Virus record (IMG/VR): IMGVR_UViG_3300011441_000022
Location: 1-40,333 of that record
Source: a virus
Taxonomy: Duplodnaviria; Caudoviricetes
Direction: 5' to 3' (one strand)
DNA: 40,333 bases
Position numbers and translations under genes: made by a program. Positions 1 through 7,765 of this stretch are shown one piece after another. Under the pieces are notes generated by a model, which was given only the letters and a program-made list of their open reading frames with translations, did no database searches and was not told the origin of the DNA. Within the stretch, counting starts at the first letter, position 1. Each line of letters begins with the position of its first letter.

Positions 1-437
1 CCAGCGCCACCTACACCGCCAGCGCCGCCTGCTCCGCCTTCGCCGCCCATGGCAGCTTGGTTTTGCACTTGGCCTTGGAGCTGCCCTTGCAGCTGTCCCT
101 GGGCTTGCTGGTTGACGTTGCGAATCGTGGTGCGAGCCGCTTCCGTGACGGCAGCAGCGCCAACACGTCCGCCCGCTTCGATCATTGACGGAATGATAAC
201 GCAGTGGAAAGCCTGGCCGCGAGCCGATGCCGCGTCGATTAGCTTAGCGTCCGCGTCATAAGTCTGGAGCACAGTGAGCGTGCCGCAGTCGGAGAAGCGA
301 ACGTCGCTGCGATGAAGCACAACGTCAATCGATTTGTTGCTCGTCGGCAGCAAGAAGCTCTCGGGCTTCGTGGTGTAAGAGCCGCAGCCCACCGCAAGCA
401 AAGCCGCTGGAATCAGGGCAAAGGGTGCGCGTTTCAT
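1..437 (-). CDS. Putative lipoprotein with Gln- and Gly-rich low-complexity region (partial, runs off window)
   Basis: Manual translation from ATG 437, which overlaps the TAA of 437-700: MKRAPFALIPAALLAVGCGSY... Basic N-terminus, hydrophobic stretch and lipobox-like LAVGC, later QQAQGQLQGQLQGQ and GGEGGAGGAGGVGG. Confidence 0.7.
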   Translation of the reverse strand, partial: MKRAPFALIPAALLAVGCGSYTTKPESFLLPTSNKSIDVVLHRSDVRFSDCGTLTVLQTYDADAKLIDAASARGQAFHCVIIPSMIEAGGRVGAAAVTEAARTTIRNVNQQAQGQLQGQLQGQVQNQAAMGGEGGAGGAGGVGGA

Positions 438-700
438 TATAGCACCGCCCAGGTCAAGGCTAAGCGCCCGGTGATGGTGCAGCGCCGCTTGGTGGAATTG
501 GTAAGCTTGCCGGCGCGACGAAGCTCCGGGAGCCGTTTGTGGATCGCGTCGTGCGAAAGCACGTCAGGATTCACCTTGATGGACAACTCGGTGGCAGTGC
601 GGTAGGGAAACTCCCGCACCAACGCCAGCGTCTTGGTGAGCTGATCGGCAATGATGCCGCTGCTCGCCACGTTATGAAATGCAAGATTCTCCGAAGTCAT
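437..700 (-). CDS. Small winged-helix-like DNA-binding protein
   Basis: TATELS...AIHKRLPELRRAG...RRCTITGR...TW pattern typical of small phage wHTH proteins; AGGAGG RBS. Confidence 0.55.
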   Translation of the reverse strand: MTSENLAFHNVASSGIIADQLTKTLALVREFPYRTATELSIKVNPDVLSHDAIHKRLPELRRAGKLTNSTKRRCTITGRLALTWAVL

Positions 701-709
701 AAAACCCTC

Positions 710-850
710 CTAGTACGGTCGGTTGCGCACAATTAGTCTTCCGTTTGATTTTTCAACGTAGCACACTTGGGCTAGGAAGAATCTCCCTGTGCGCTCGAAA
801 CTCGGTATCCGCTTGTCTGCCATTGCAGCCACTAGATCGTACAAAGTCAA
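710..850 (-). CDS. Hypothetical protein
   Basis: Same frame as track ORF 710-937. A TTG at 850 overlaps the stop of 847-1269; start uncertain. Confidence 0.4.
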   Translation of the reverse strand: MTLYDLVAAMADKRIPSFERTGRFFLAQVCYVEKSNGRLIVRNRPY

Positions 851-1269
851 GACACCACCACCTTTCCATCCACCTTGTAATCCCGCAACACTCTTCGAAG
901 CTTCGGCAGAGCCCGCTCTTTCATCCATCGACGCCAAGTGCGAGTCGACCGCTTCTTCATGTACCGGGTGGCGTAGCTCACCGACTGCCTGTAGAGGAGC
1001 ACCCGCATAAGCACCCGCCTCTCCTGTACTGTAAACATTCCCAAAGCCTTTGTCAAGTCATACCGCAGCTCTGGTTGATCCTCCCGCACAAGCAGAGCCC
1101 GCTCTGTACCTTCCCCCTGTAAGTCTAGCAAAACAACCTCTTCTCTCTCCCCCTGGTCGTTGCGCAGGCGGAGCGCATGATAATCATCTGCCCTCACCTT
1201 TTTAGCCCCAAACCTTGTACTATCGGCCACCCTCTTGGGAGCCGGCTTAGCTTTCCTCTTGTTTTTCAT
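847..1269 (-). CDS. Sigma70 region-4-like HTH protein (possible phage transcription regulator)
   Basis: C-terminal LTKALGMFTVQERRVLMRVLL...SVSYAT...STRTWRRWMKERALPKLRRVL resembles sigma region 4; no region 2 visible. Confidence 0.5.
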   Translation of the reverse strand: MKNKRKAKPAPKRVADSTRFGAKKVRADDYHALRLRNDQGEREEVVLLDLQGEGTERALLVREDQPELRYDLTKALGMFTVQERRVLMRVLLYRQSVSYATRYMKKRSTRTWRRWMKERALPKLRRVLRDYKVDGKVVVS

Positions 1270-1936
1270 CGTGTTGCCTCTGTTCCTTAATGCGTTTCAT
1301 TGAACGATAGATCGTCATTCGAGACATACGCCCCTTGTAGCCTTGCTGCTTCAAGAGCTGGATTGCCTTGTCCGAGCCGTAGCCCGCGTCGACGTAATGC
1401 CCAAGCTTTCTAAGCACTTGCTGCTCATCTGGGTCGGGCTGAAGACAGCCCTCGTCAAACCGGTAGCCGAAAGGAGCATGGTGGCACCACCGCTGCCCTC
1501 GTCGCTTCTTGTACTGGAGAGCATCGGATGTTTTCTTCTTCACCATGTCCCTGAAAAACTCATCGAACAGCCCTCGCATGCCCGTAGCCAGCTTCTTGGT
1601 TGGGTCGGCTAGGTCAACCCTCCCCTGGCCTACCTCGTGGATCTCCACGCCCGCCAGGGCCAGCTGTTGCAGGTTTTCGAGGAGCCCTACAACGTCGCGG
1701 GAGAGCCGATCTTGATTGTAGAACACAAGAGCGCCGGCTTGGTGCCGCTTGATCGCTCCGTGAATCTGCTCCCACCGGCCACGCGAGGCCCCGCTGACGC
1801 CATCATGCTCAATGTATTCAACCACTTGCATGCCATTAGCTGAGGCATATCTGGAGATCTGATCGGCCTGCTCCAGCAGCGAAACCACCTTATTATCCGA
1901 GGCCTTAGACCGCCTCACGTAACCGATTACTTTCAC
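1247..1936 (-). CDS. Serine recombinase (resolvase catalytic domain plus short recombinase-type DNA-binding domain)
   Basis: VIGYVRRS catalytic motif, DGVSG, DRLSR, then APFGY. GTG at 1936 is coupled to the upstream stop (GTGA). No zinc-ribbon/coiled-coil C-terminus. Confidence 0.9.
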   Translation of the reverse strand: MKVIGYVRRSKASDNKVVSLLEQADQISRYASANGMQVVEYIEHDGVSGASRGRWEQIHGAIKRHQAGALVFYNQDRLSRDVVGLLENLQQLALAGVEIHEVGQGRVDLADPTKKLATGMRGLFDEFFRDMVKKKTSDALQYKKRRGQRWCHHAPFGYRFDEGCLQPDPDEQQVLRKLGHYVDAGYGSDKAIQLLKQQGYKGRMSRMTIYRSMKRIKEQRQHDEKQEES

Positions 1937-2082
1937 TTTGCATTCCTCTTCACATTCCGCTTGCACCGTTCGCACCATCGCCGGCTTGAGCACTTACCGA
2001 AGACACACTTCGCCATGCGCTCGCATCGCCGCCCGCGACACTTGTGGTAATGCCCGCCATCGGGCTCTCCGCTGCCGATCAC
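1933..2082 (-). CDS. Small Cys-rich basic protein (49 aa, not in ORF track)
   Basis: MIGSGEPDGGHYHKCRGRRCERMAKCVFGKCSSRRWCERCKRNVKRNAK; GTGA overlaps with both neighbours. Confidence 0.6.
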   Translation of the reverse strand: MIGSGEPDGGHYHKCRGRRCERMAKCVFGKCSSRRWCERCKRNVKRNAK

Positions 2083-2267
2083 TTCACCCCCACCACGCAC
2101 CACGTAGGATGCAGCTCTGCAATCACCACGTTCGTGGGACTGCCCTTCGGGTCTTTGATGATCCGGTCGAGCACAACCTCGATCCGCGCTTCACCGATTA
2201 GCCGGTGAACAGTGCCCTGGCCGAATGGATAGATGGTGATTACATCACCGGTTCTTGGCATCATCAT
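2079..2267 (-). CDS. Hypothetical protein
   Basis: Fits the minus-strand operon; GGAGG RBS. Confidence 0.6.
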   Translation of the reverse strand: MMMPRTGDVITIYPFGQGTVHRLIGEARIEVVLDRIIKDPKGSPTNVVIAELHPTWCVVGVK

Positions 2268-2269
2268 GG

Positions 2270-2467
2270 CTAGTCATCCTCCAGCAAATAGATCGTGTTA
2301 AGAGTTTCCACGAGGCCCTGCATGAGATCCATGCGGAGCACGCGGCTTGTAATGATCCGACGCCCAGATCCCAGGTGCGGGTGATCCTGGGGAATGCCAA
2401 TCAGCCGAAGCTGACGCGAGCTTAATTCGACAAACGACCAGCTCGCTAGTTTCACTCTTGGTTTCAT
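2270..2467 (-). CDS. Phage hypothetical protein
   Basis: L-G...HP...G..I.TS......VET.NT.Y.L pattern common in small phage proteins; GGAGG RBS before MKPRV. Confidence 0.65.
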   Translation of the reverse strand: MKPRVKLASWSFVELSSRQLRLIGIPQDHPHLGSGRRIITSRVLRMDLMQGLVETLNTIYLLEDD

Positions 2468-2480
2468 AGCTTCCTCCATG

Positions 2481-2732
2481 TCAGTAAGTATAGCCATCGC
2501 CCACCCGCATGTCAAGGGGTGCGGTTATCTCAGCCCACATTTCACGGCTGATTGTTTTTGCCAGGGGAGAGCGGACGAACGCCGACACCCGCTTGTTCCC
2601 CCGGCGACAAGATACCAGTAACAGTTTTCCGTGTGCCGCGCCAGATGAAGGCGTTACAGAGCCGGCAGATGCTAACCGAGATCGTTTCTCCACCTTGCTC
2701 TCTCCTCTCACGATACCACGGGCTTGGTTCAT
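2481..2732 (-). CDS. Hypothetical protein
   Basis: Abuts neighbours in the operon. Confidence 0.5.
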   Translation of the reverse strand: MNQARGIVRGESKVEKRSRLASAGSVTPSSGAAHGKLLLVSCRRGNKRVSAFVRSPLAKTISREMWAEITAPLDMRVGDGYTY

Positions 2733-2734
2733 GG

Positions 2735-3097
2735 TTACACTCTTGGTTTGTTAGGACAGTCGTTGGCGTTGAACTCATGGCTGGCCTCATACGCACAATG
2801 CGGGCACACCGTCACCATCTGAGGGGTGTTGGCGCTCTTCCGGTGCTCTTCCCGCTTCGCCGCCGCAGCTTTCAGATTGGTCGCCCAATTGTTCCAAAAC
2901 ACTTCGGTGTCGAGCTGCCTCAACAGCGCCGCGCCCTTCTGCTTGTAATCCGCATAGCCAGCAGCATCGATGACCTTCTTCACTTCGTCCTTCGATAAGA
3001 TCGAAACGATACGGCCGATATACTCTGCCTCTTCACCGCTGAAAGTAGCCGTCAGCTCGAAGCTGTTCTTAAACTGCCTCACTCGATTGACTCGCAT
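2735..3097 (-). CDS. Hypothetical protein with C-terminal CxxC...H...C motif
   Basis: AGGAGG RBS; CPHCAYEASHEFNANDC. Confidence 0.7.
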   Translation of the reverse strand: MRVNRVRQFKNSFELTATFSGEEAEYIGRIVSILSKDEVKKVIDAAGYADYKQKGAALLRQLDTEVFWNNWATNLKAAAAKREEHRKSANTPQMVTVCPHCAYEASHEFNANDCPNKPRV

Positions 3098-3105
3098 AAA
3101 ACCTC

Positions 3106-3282
3106 CTAGTTGCGCACGTTAGTAATAACATATCCGATCATCCACGCTAAGCCTGTCAAGGGAAACACCAGAAACACCCACTCGCCAAAAGCATCCACCA
3201 AGCCACGGAGAACAATCACCACGACAGCTATTAGGAGCAGGCAAGCATACCCTACGAAGATGTTGCCGATTACGCTTTCCAT
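3106..3282 (-). CDS. Small two-TM membrane protein (58 aa, not in ORF track)
   Basis: MESVIGNIFVGYACLLLIAVVVIVLRGLVDAFGEWVFLVFPLTGLAWMIGYVITNVRN; TGATG overlap with upstream gene. Confidence 0.65.
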   Translation of the reverse strand: MESVIGNIFVGYACLLLIAVVVIVLRGLVDAFGEWVFLVFPLTGLAWMIGYVITNVRN

Positions 3283-3665
3283 CAATCCTCCTTTGGAGAC
3301 ACGCTTGTTGGTTCGAACAATAGGAATGGCTCTTTGACTCCCTTGTGCCAGTTGTTCACGGCCAAGACGTTGCGCACCGGGTCGTCACCGAGCGCCGCTT
3401 GAAAGGCAGCCCTCACCGGCAGATCGTAGTCGACCGGCAAGCTTATGATTGCATGGTGGCCCTTGCCGTCTTTCGACGTGTAAAGGTGCTCCAGCTTCGC
3501 ACCGTATCGACGGCGCAGGATCTCGAAGACAAGATCATTCAGCTGCTTGCCATCGTCCAGGTCGACCAGCAGATGACGCGGGGTGCTGCGATGCACGATG
3601 AAGCCGGCGTCCGCAGCCTTATCAACCGCTGCTTCAAATTGTACGCTATAATCCGTTGATTCCAT
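3282..3665 (-). CDS. Small protein with AEP/primase-like motifs
   Basis: LLVDLD (hhhDhD) and YTSKDGKGHH (S..G.G.H) resemble AEP motifs I and II; only 127 aa. Confidence 0.45.
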   Translation of the reverse strand: MESTDYSVQFEAAVDKAADAGFIVHRSTPRHLLVDLDDGKQLNDLVFEILRRRYGAKLEHLYTSKDGKGHHAIISLPVDYDLPVRAAFQAALGDDPVRNVLAVNNWHKGVKEPFLLFEPTSVSPKED

Positions 3666-3849
3666 TGCGCTTTATCCTCCTTGCATCGCCCACGCCATAG
3701 CGAATCAGCTGACTCACTGACTCGGGAATCGGGAAGCTTCCGTCTTCCCACCGCTGCACTTGCCGCACACTGTAGCCCAAGGCCTTGGCGAGCGAGGCCT
3801 GGGTGTGATGCCGCTTCAGCCTTTCCGCAATGAATTCAGAGGCTTGCAT
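3646..3849 (-). CDS. XRE-family HTH protein
   Basis: TQASLAKALGYSVRQVQRWEDG..PIP. Confidence 0.85.
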   Translation of the reverse strand: MQASEFIAERLKRHHTQASLAKALGYSVRQVQRWEDGSFPIPESVSQLIRYGVGDARRIKRNGINGL

Positions 3850-4351
3850 GGTATCTCGCAATCTGTGCTTCAGCTTGTTTCCACAGCAACTCATTGCCGC
3901 CTTGCAGCGCCGGCAGCAGAGCTGCCTTCTCCGCCATGTACACGCGGGCAAACTTAGGATCGTGCAGCGTTATGTCTTCCGTGTTGTCGAGGAGATCCGC
4001 CAGCTTGATGGTTTTCACTTCAGCCGGCGCAGCTGCCAGCCGTATGCGTGACTGTGCTTTGCGCTCAGCGCGATTGCCTTGCTCCATGTCGGAGAGCGCA
4101 ATCACGTAGCTCGCCACCACCACGCCGAAGAGCTGCTTGATATCCGATGCTGTCGCCTTGGTGTCTTCGAGGGTGTCATGCAGCAGAGCTGCCATGATCA
4201 TCTGCGAATCACCGCGTACCGCTTCGACACGCGAGGCCACCGAGATCGGATGGTTGATGTAGGGCAAGCCCGTGTATTTGCGCACCTGGCCCTTGTGGGC
4301 TTCCGCTGCAAATACAGCAGCTTGCAGTATTGTGTTGAAGTATTCCATCAC
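3836..4351 (-). CDS. HD-domain (p)ppGpp hydrolase (small alarmone hydrolase, Mesh1/SpoT-HD-like)
   Basis: AHKGQVRK...PYINHP...AALLHDTLEDT...KLADLLDN; stand-alone, no synthetase domain. Confidence 0.9.
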   Translation of the reverse strand: MMEYFNTILQAAVFAAEAHKGQVRKYTGLPYINHPISVASRVEAVRGDSQMIMAALLHDTLEDTKATASDIKQLFGVVVASYVIALSDMEQGNRAERKAQSRIRLAAAPAEVKTIKLADLLDNTEDITLHDPKFARVYMAEKAALLPALQGGNELLWKQAEAQIARYHASL

Positions 4352-4473
4352 TCTGTCCCTCGCTCTTTCGTCAAGCGCTTCTGTGCGCTACGCTCAGCTT
4401 TCCAAAAGATCCGCTTCCACTTGCGCAGGTGCTTCCACCATTGCGGGGGCCGCGTTGCATTGCCTTGTTTCAC
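4348..4473 (-). CDS. Small basic Trp-rich peptide (41 aa, not in ORF track)
   Basis: MKQGNATRPPQWWKHLRKWKRIFWKAERSAQKRLTKERGTE; fills the gap exactly and is coupled to the HD gene. Confidence 0.55.
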   Translation of the reverse strand: MKQGNATRPPQWWKHLRKWKRIFWKAERSAQKRLTKERGTE

Positions 4474-4474
4474 G

Positions 4475-4678
4475 TTAGCCATTGAGCCCCCTCTGCGGCC
4501 AAAAGACATGCCGATTGCCCCCACGGTCGAGGAGCACCACGGATAGCTGCTTGTGATTCGCCAGCGCTTGGCACTCCGCCGCTATGCCGGCGCATTGCAC
4601 CGCGCTCTCCTCGTCAACCGGTTGCACCATGATATTCACTTGCCTCTCAGCAATTATCTGAATCAATGATCTGTTCAT
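4475..4678 (-). CDS. Hypothetical protein
   Basis: Fits the operon. Confidence 0.6.
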   Translation of the reverse strand: MNRSLIQIIAERQVNIMVQPVDEESAVQCAGIAAECQALANHKQLSVVLLDRGGNRHVFWPQRGLNG

Positions 4679-4684
4679 GGCTCT

Positions 4685-4713
4685 AATCTAATCCTCCCCT
4701 CGTGCTTTGTCAA
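4685..4713 (-). promoter_or_regulatory. Candidate sigma70 promoter
   Basis: TTGACA (4713-4708), 17 nt spacer, TAGATT (4690-4685); predicted start falls at or near ATG 4678. Confidence 0.45.
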
Positions 4714-4861
4714 GCCCCTGTATTTTGTGCCGGCTACGCTCCCATCGGAAGTCGACGCAATCGCACTCCATGCAAGGCTTGATCCACTCATTTCGATCAT
4801 GCTCTTTGTAGCTATGCCGGCACCGTCCGCACTTACGATCTTGGCCCTCAGCTTTAAGCAT
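4688..4861 (-). CDS. Small Zn-finger-like protein (57 aa, not in ORF track)
   Basis: MLKAEGQDRKCGRCRHSYKEHDRNEWIKPCMECDCVDF...; AGGAG RBS. Confidence 0.65.
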   Translation of the reverse strand: MLKAEGQDRKCGRCRHSYKEHDRNEWIKPCMECDCVDFRWERSRHKIQGLDKARGED

Positions 4862-4916
4862 TTTTAACTCCTAACTGCTTGATCTTACTCACTTCATGCT
4901 CAAATGACATATAAAT

Positions 4917-5153
4917 AGCTCTTAATAGCTTAAAGAAGCTTTGCTATACTTAGCTTCTTAAAGCTTTAAGAAGCTGCTTAAAGCAGCCTAAGCTGCTTTA
5001 AGCTCATAGCTCTGGCTTAAGAGCCCTAAGCTCTTAAGCCCATAGCTCCAATAGCATAGCTCTGACTAAATGCCATAGCTCTAAAGCTTCAGGGAGCTTC
5101 ATAGCTTCGAGGAGCAAAGCTTCGAGGAGCTTCATGGCTTGCTCCGAGGAGCT
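4917..5153. repeat. AGCT-dense array with three tandem palindromes/hairpins and short direct repeats
   Basis: 19 AGCT by manual count. Perfect 24-bp palindrome 4952-4975; 12-bp inverted repeat 4976-5003; 11-bp inverted repeat 5014-5040; CATAGCT x5; AGCTTCGAGGAGC x2. Confidence 0.9.
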
Positions 5154-5286
5154 TCGTTCACTGTGATCTCTACGCAGAGAGGAGCACCGTTTAGAGCTGC
5201 TATTCTGTACGCTTCTCGCCACTCAGGAGCACAGATTAGTAGCAGCATGATGAAGTCTTCGAGCTGCATTGTTGACTCTGTGCTAT

Positions 5287-5667
5287 TCATATCATCCTCC
5301 ATGCCCAAATTACTTTAGCTCGTGGTCTTGAGCGCCAATCATGTACTAAGCCCTGCGTCACTGCGAAGTAGTGCCCTCGGGACATGCAGAGATAATGCCC
5401 CTCGGGATGCGCTAAAGCGAAAGCTTTGACTGTCATGCTCTTATGCCGCAGGTATCGCGTGACTGTATCGGGAGCGATGTTCAGGATCGCATTGGCAAGC
5501 TGCGTCACGCTAGTCTTGCGCCCTGGCTTGCGTCCCTCAGCTTGTAGCACGCTCCATGCTTGACTGTAGGGTATGCCGACAGCGCAGACAAGAGCCCGGA
5601 CAGCGCAATCGTTGCGCTCAGTGTGCGGAGCGCAGCCGCGATAAAGATCGTCAGTGTGCTTAAGCAT
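5287..5667 (-). CDS. Phage protein with DCAVRA motif (possible papain-like Cys/His fold)
   Basis: NDCAVRAL...GHYFAV..G.VHD; GAGGAG RBS before MLKH. Confidence 0.65.
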   Translation of the reverse strand: MLKHTDDLYRGCAPHTERNDCAVRALVCAVGIPYSQAWSVLQAEGRKPGRKTSVTQLANAILNIAPDTVTRYLRHKSMTVKAFALAHPEGHYLCMSRGHYFAVTQGLVHDWRSRPRAKVIWAWRMI

Positions 5668-5827
5668 TGCTGTTCTCCTCGCGTTCGATAATGGCATACT
5701 GCCAGTTGACAGAGTAGGGGCTTTCCGCTTCCCATAGCTCCGGGTGTTGCTCTAAATCAATCACCTTGCTCTTGAACTGTAGCGGATAGCCTTCCGGCAA
5801 TCCGATGATTCGATAGCTCACCATGAC

Positions 5828-6055
5828 TTAGCCCTCCGCCTTGCAAAGACAACGCTCCAACACCTTACCGTTAGCCTGGGGACCGTTCCCCATGTCGGGA
5901 TAGTCCAAGCCGCAATCAGTGCAGCTGTACCAGTTGAAGCTATCCCGTAGCCCAAGCCTGGCATGCCCGGTGAACTTTAGCCCGGTGCGCTGCTCGATCT
6001 CCCTAGTTTGCTGAAGATCCCACCATCTGCAAATTGGTGTCTCGTATTCGTTCAT
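5828..6055 (-). CDS. Hypothetical protein with CxxC and CxC motifs
   Basis: GAGGG RBS before MNEYE; CTDC...CLC. Confidence 0.55.
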   Translation of the reverse strand: MNEYETPICRWWDLQQTREIEQRTGLKFTGHARLGLRDSFNWYSCTDCGLDYPDMGNGPQANGKVLERCLCKAEG

Positions 6056-6272
6056 AATGCCCTCGAATCCCGCACAGGTTGCCACGTAATAGCTTTTCAG
6101 GCCTTGGTTGCGGCTAGTGCCTCAGTTTCGCTTTTCTCCTGGGGCCAAGCCCCTAACCCTTCAAAATAGCCCCTTAAAGCCACACAATTGGCCGTAGCGC
6201 GATGTGTATGGTTTTCCCTACACTCAGGGACTAGGGGCCATTTAGCCCCCAATCCCTAAGCTTTTCCAGTAG

Positions 6273-7016
6273 TTACGCTCCGAACACCTTGCTGAAGCCC
6301 ACGGTGGAGTTGAAAGCCACATTGGGAGTTGACTCTTTCAGAGCCCGCGTTACCGCGTTGTGCAAGCCCCATGCTGTCATCTGGGCGCAATCGGGATATT
6401 GCTCAGGGTTACGCTGTGCCCGTTCGAAGAAGATATCGTAAGCGATCTTGAAGGTTTGGAACGTAAGTATGCCATCGTAAAGGCTTTTAGCGAGCAAAGC
6501 CTGTGCCTCATGCGTCGACAGCGACGTGTTCTGCATGCGTTCGATGCTATTGGCGAAATTTGACTGCTTGTTACGCCAAGAATCCATCCCGCGACGGATC
6601 AAATCACGGAGCGAATAGCCCCAGGTGTGCTTTTGCTTCAAGACGGTGATATCGCCGCTCAATGCCATGTTATCGCAAACGAAGACGCGAGCGCCGGCAA
6701 CGATCTGGATTGCAATTTTCTTGTCATTGCTGTGACGAAAACCGATTGCCGATGATACTCCCGGCACTAGCTGTTCAGCTAAATCAAAGGCACCGAAAAG
6801 CTTGTTGCCATTGCTTCCGACTGCGAACTGCTCCCGCGTGACTTCGAGCCCCTGATAAGACAAGTCAAGCTTGATGCTTTCGACTAGCTCAACATGACTC
6901 ACTGGACGCCAATAGCGTGTCGAGCCCGGAGTTGCGATTTCTCGCAGCTGCTCGATTGTGACGATTGCCGTGTCTTTGTGACTGATAAACCTTGCTTTGT
7001 TATTGTTGTCTTCCAT
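6273..7016 (-). CDS. DUF932/DUF945-like protein
   Basis: GFRHSNDK...AGARVFVCDN motif and C-terminal TAWGLHNAVT. Confidence 0.75.
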   Translation of the reverse strand: MEDNNNKARFISHKDTAIVTIEQLREIATPGSTRYWRPVSHVELVESIKLDLSYQGLEVTREQFAVGSNGNKLFGAFDLAEQLVPGVSSAIGFRHSNDKKIAIQIVAGARVFVCDNMALSGDITVLKQKHTWGYSLRDLIRRGMDSWRNKQSNFANSIERMQNTSLSTHEAQALLAKSLYDGILTFQTFKIAYDIFFERAQRNPEQYPDCAQMTAWGLHNAVTRALKESTPNVAFNSTVGFSKVFGA

Positions 7017-7067
7017 GACTGCGATTCTCCTATCTGTCGTTGAGCCCGTTAATGTTTTGACTTGTTA

Positions 7068-7376
7068 TTAAGCATCTTCTGTGCCAACGTCATCGATGGC
7101 ATTTTCGAGCATCTCTTCCCGTACCGCTGCCAATTGGTCTTCCCTGTCAGTGTCAATGCTGTCAATTGACTTGTCACCAATGACAAGATGACCGTCGACA
7201 AGCGATAGCGATGGAAAGCGCTCCAACATCGCTAGGCGTTGCTTTGCCTCTGCGATTGACTGCCGGTGACTCTCGATCAATGCTGTATTCACTGGTGTCT
7301 CACCTAACAGATAGCGAATGTTAGTTTCAGTGAAAGTGATTTTGAATCGTAGGTTGTCAGATTCAGTGTTATGCAT
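7068..7376 (-). CDS. Hypothetical acidic protein
   Basis: AGGAG RBS; operon context. Confidence 0.65.
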   Translation of the reverse strand: MHNTESDNLRFKITFTETNIRYLLGETPVNTALIESHRQSIAEAKQRLAMLERFPSLSLVDGHLVIGDKSIDSIDTDREDQLAAVREEMLENAIDDVGTEDA

Positions 7377-7388
7377 GGCTTGACTCTC

Positions 7389-7595
7389 CTATAAGCTTGA
7401 AAACAACGCGAATCGGTCCCTGATGATATAGCAATCATCTTGTGACTTGTCAATGCTCCATCGAGCAATGACTTTACCATCTGGCATAATCTTGTAATCG
7501 TTAACCAGATGCGCAAGGTAAGCGCTGTCCGTAGCGTTCGCAAGCGCTTTGCCATATTCGTCAATCGAGATTTCGAACTTTGCTATTTTTTCCAT
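7389..7595 (-). CDS. Hypothetical protein
   Basis: AGGAG RBS; operon context. Confidence 0.6.
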   Translation of the reverse strand: MEKIAKFEISIDEYGKALANATDSAYLAHLVNDYKIMPDGKVIARWSIDKSQDDCYIIRDRFALFSSL

Positions 7596-7599
7596 GGTC

Positions 7600-7755
7600 T
7601 TATTCTCCTATTTTGTCGACTATCTCTTCAGTGATAAAGCTTCGGCTACAGAGCTGATAATAAGCTTCACTTTCGAATTGCTCTGCTCCGCAATTGGCGC
7701 AATGGTCGCATGACTCATAATCGTGACCTAGTTTGTCTTCAAGCTTTTTGCTCAT
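7600..7755 (-). CDS. Small Cys-containing protein (51 aa, not in ORF track)
   Basis: MSKKLEDKLGHDYESCDHCANCGAEQFESEAYYQLC...; GAGG RBS. Confidence 0.55.
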   Translation of the reverse strand: MSKKLEDKLGHDYESCDHCANCGAEQFESEAYYQLCSRSFITEEIVDKIGE

Positions 7756-7765
7756 TGTCTTTCCT

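Noticed and set aside
1028-1056. TTGACA-N17-TACAGT on the minus strand
   Set aside because: It lies inside a CDS with no other support and may be chance.
4917-5153. CRISPR array
   Set aside because: No constant repeat-spacer periodicity; the region is palindromes and short degenerate repeats.
6226-6258. Rho-independent terminator after the DUF932 gene
   Set aside because: A hairpin is present, but there is no U-tract on the coding (minus) strand, so its function is unclear.
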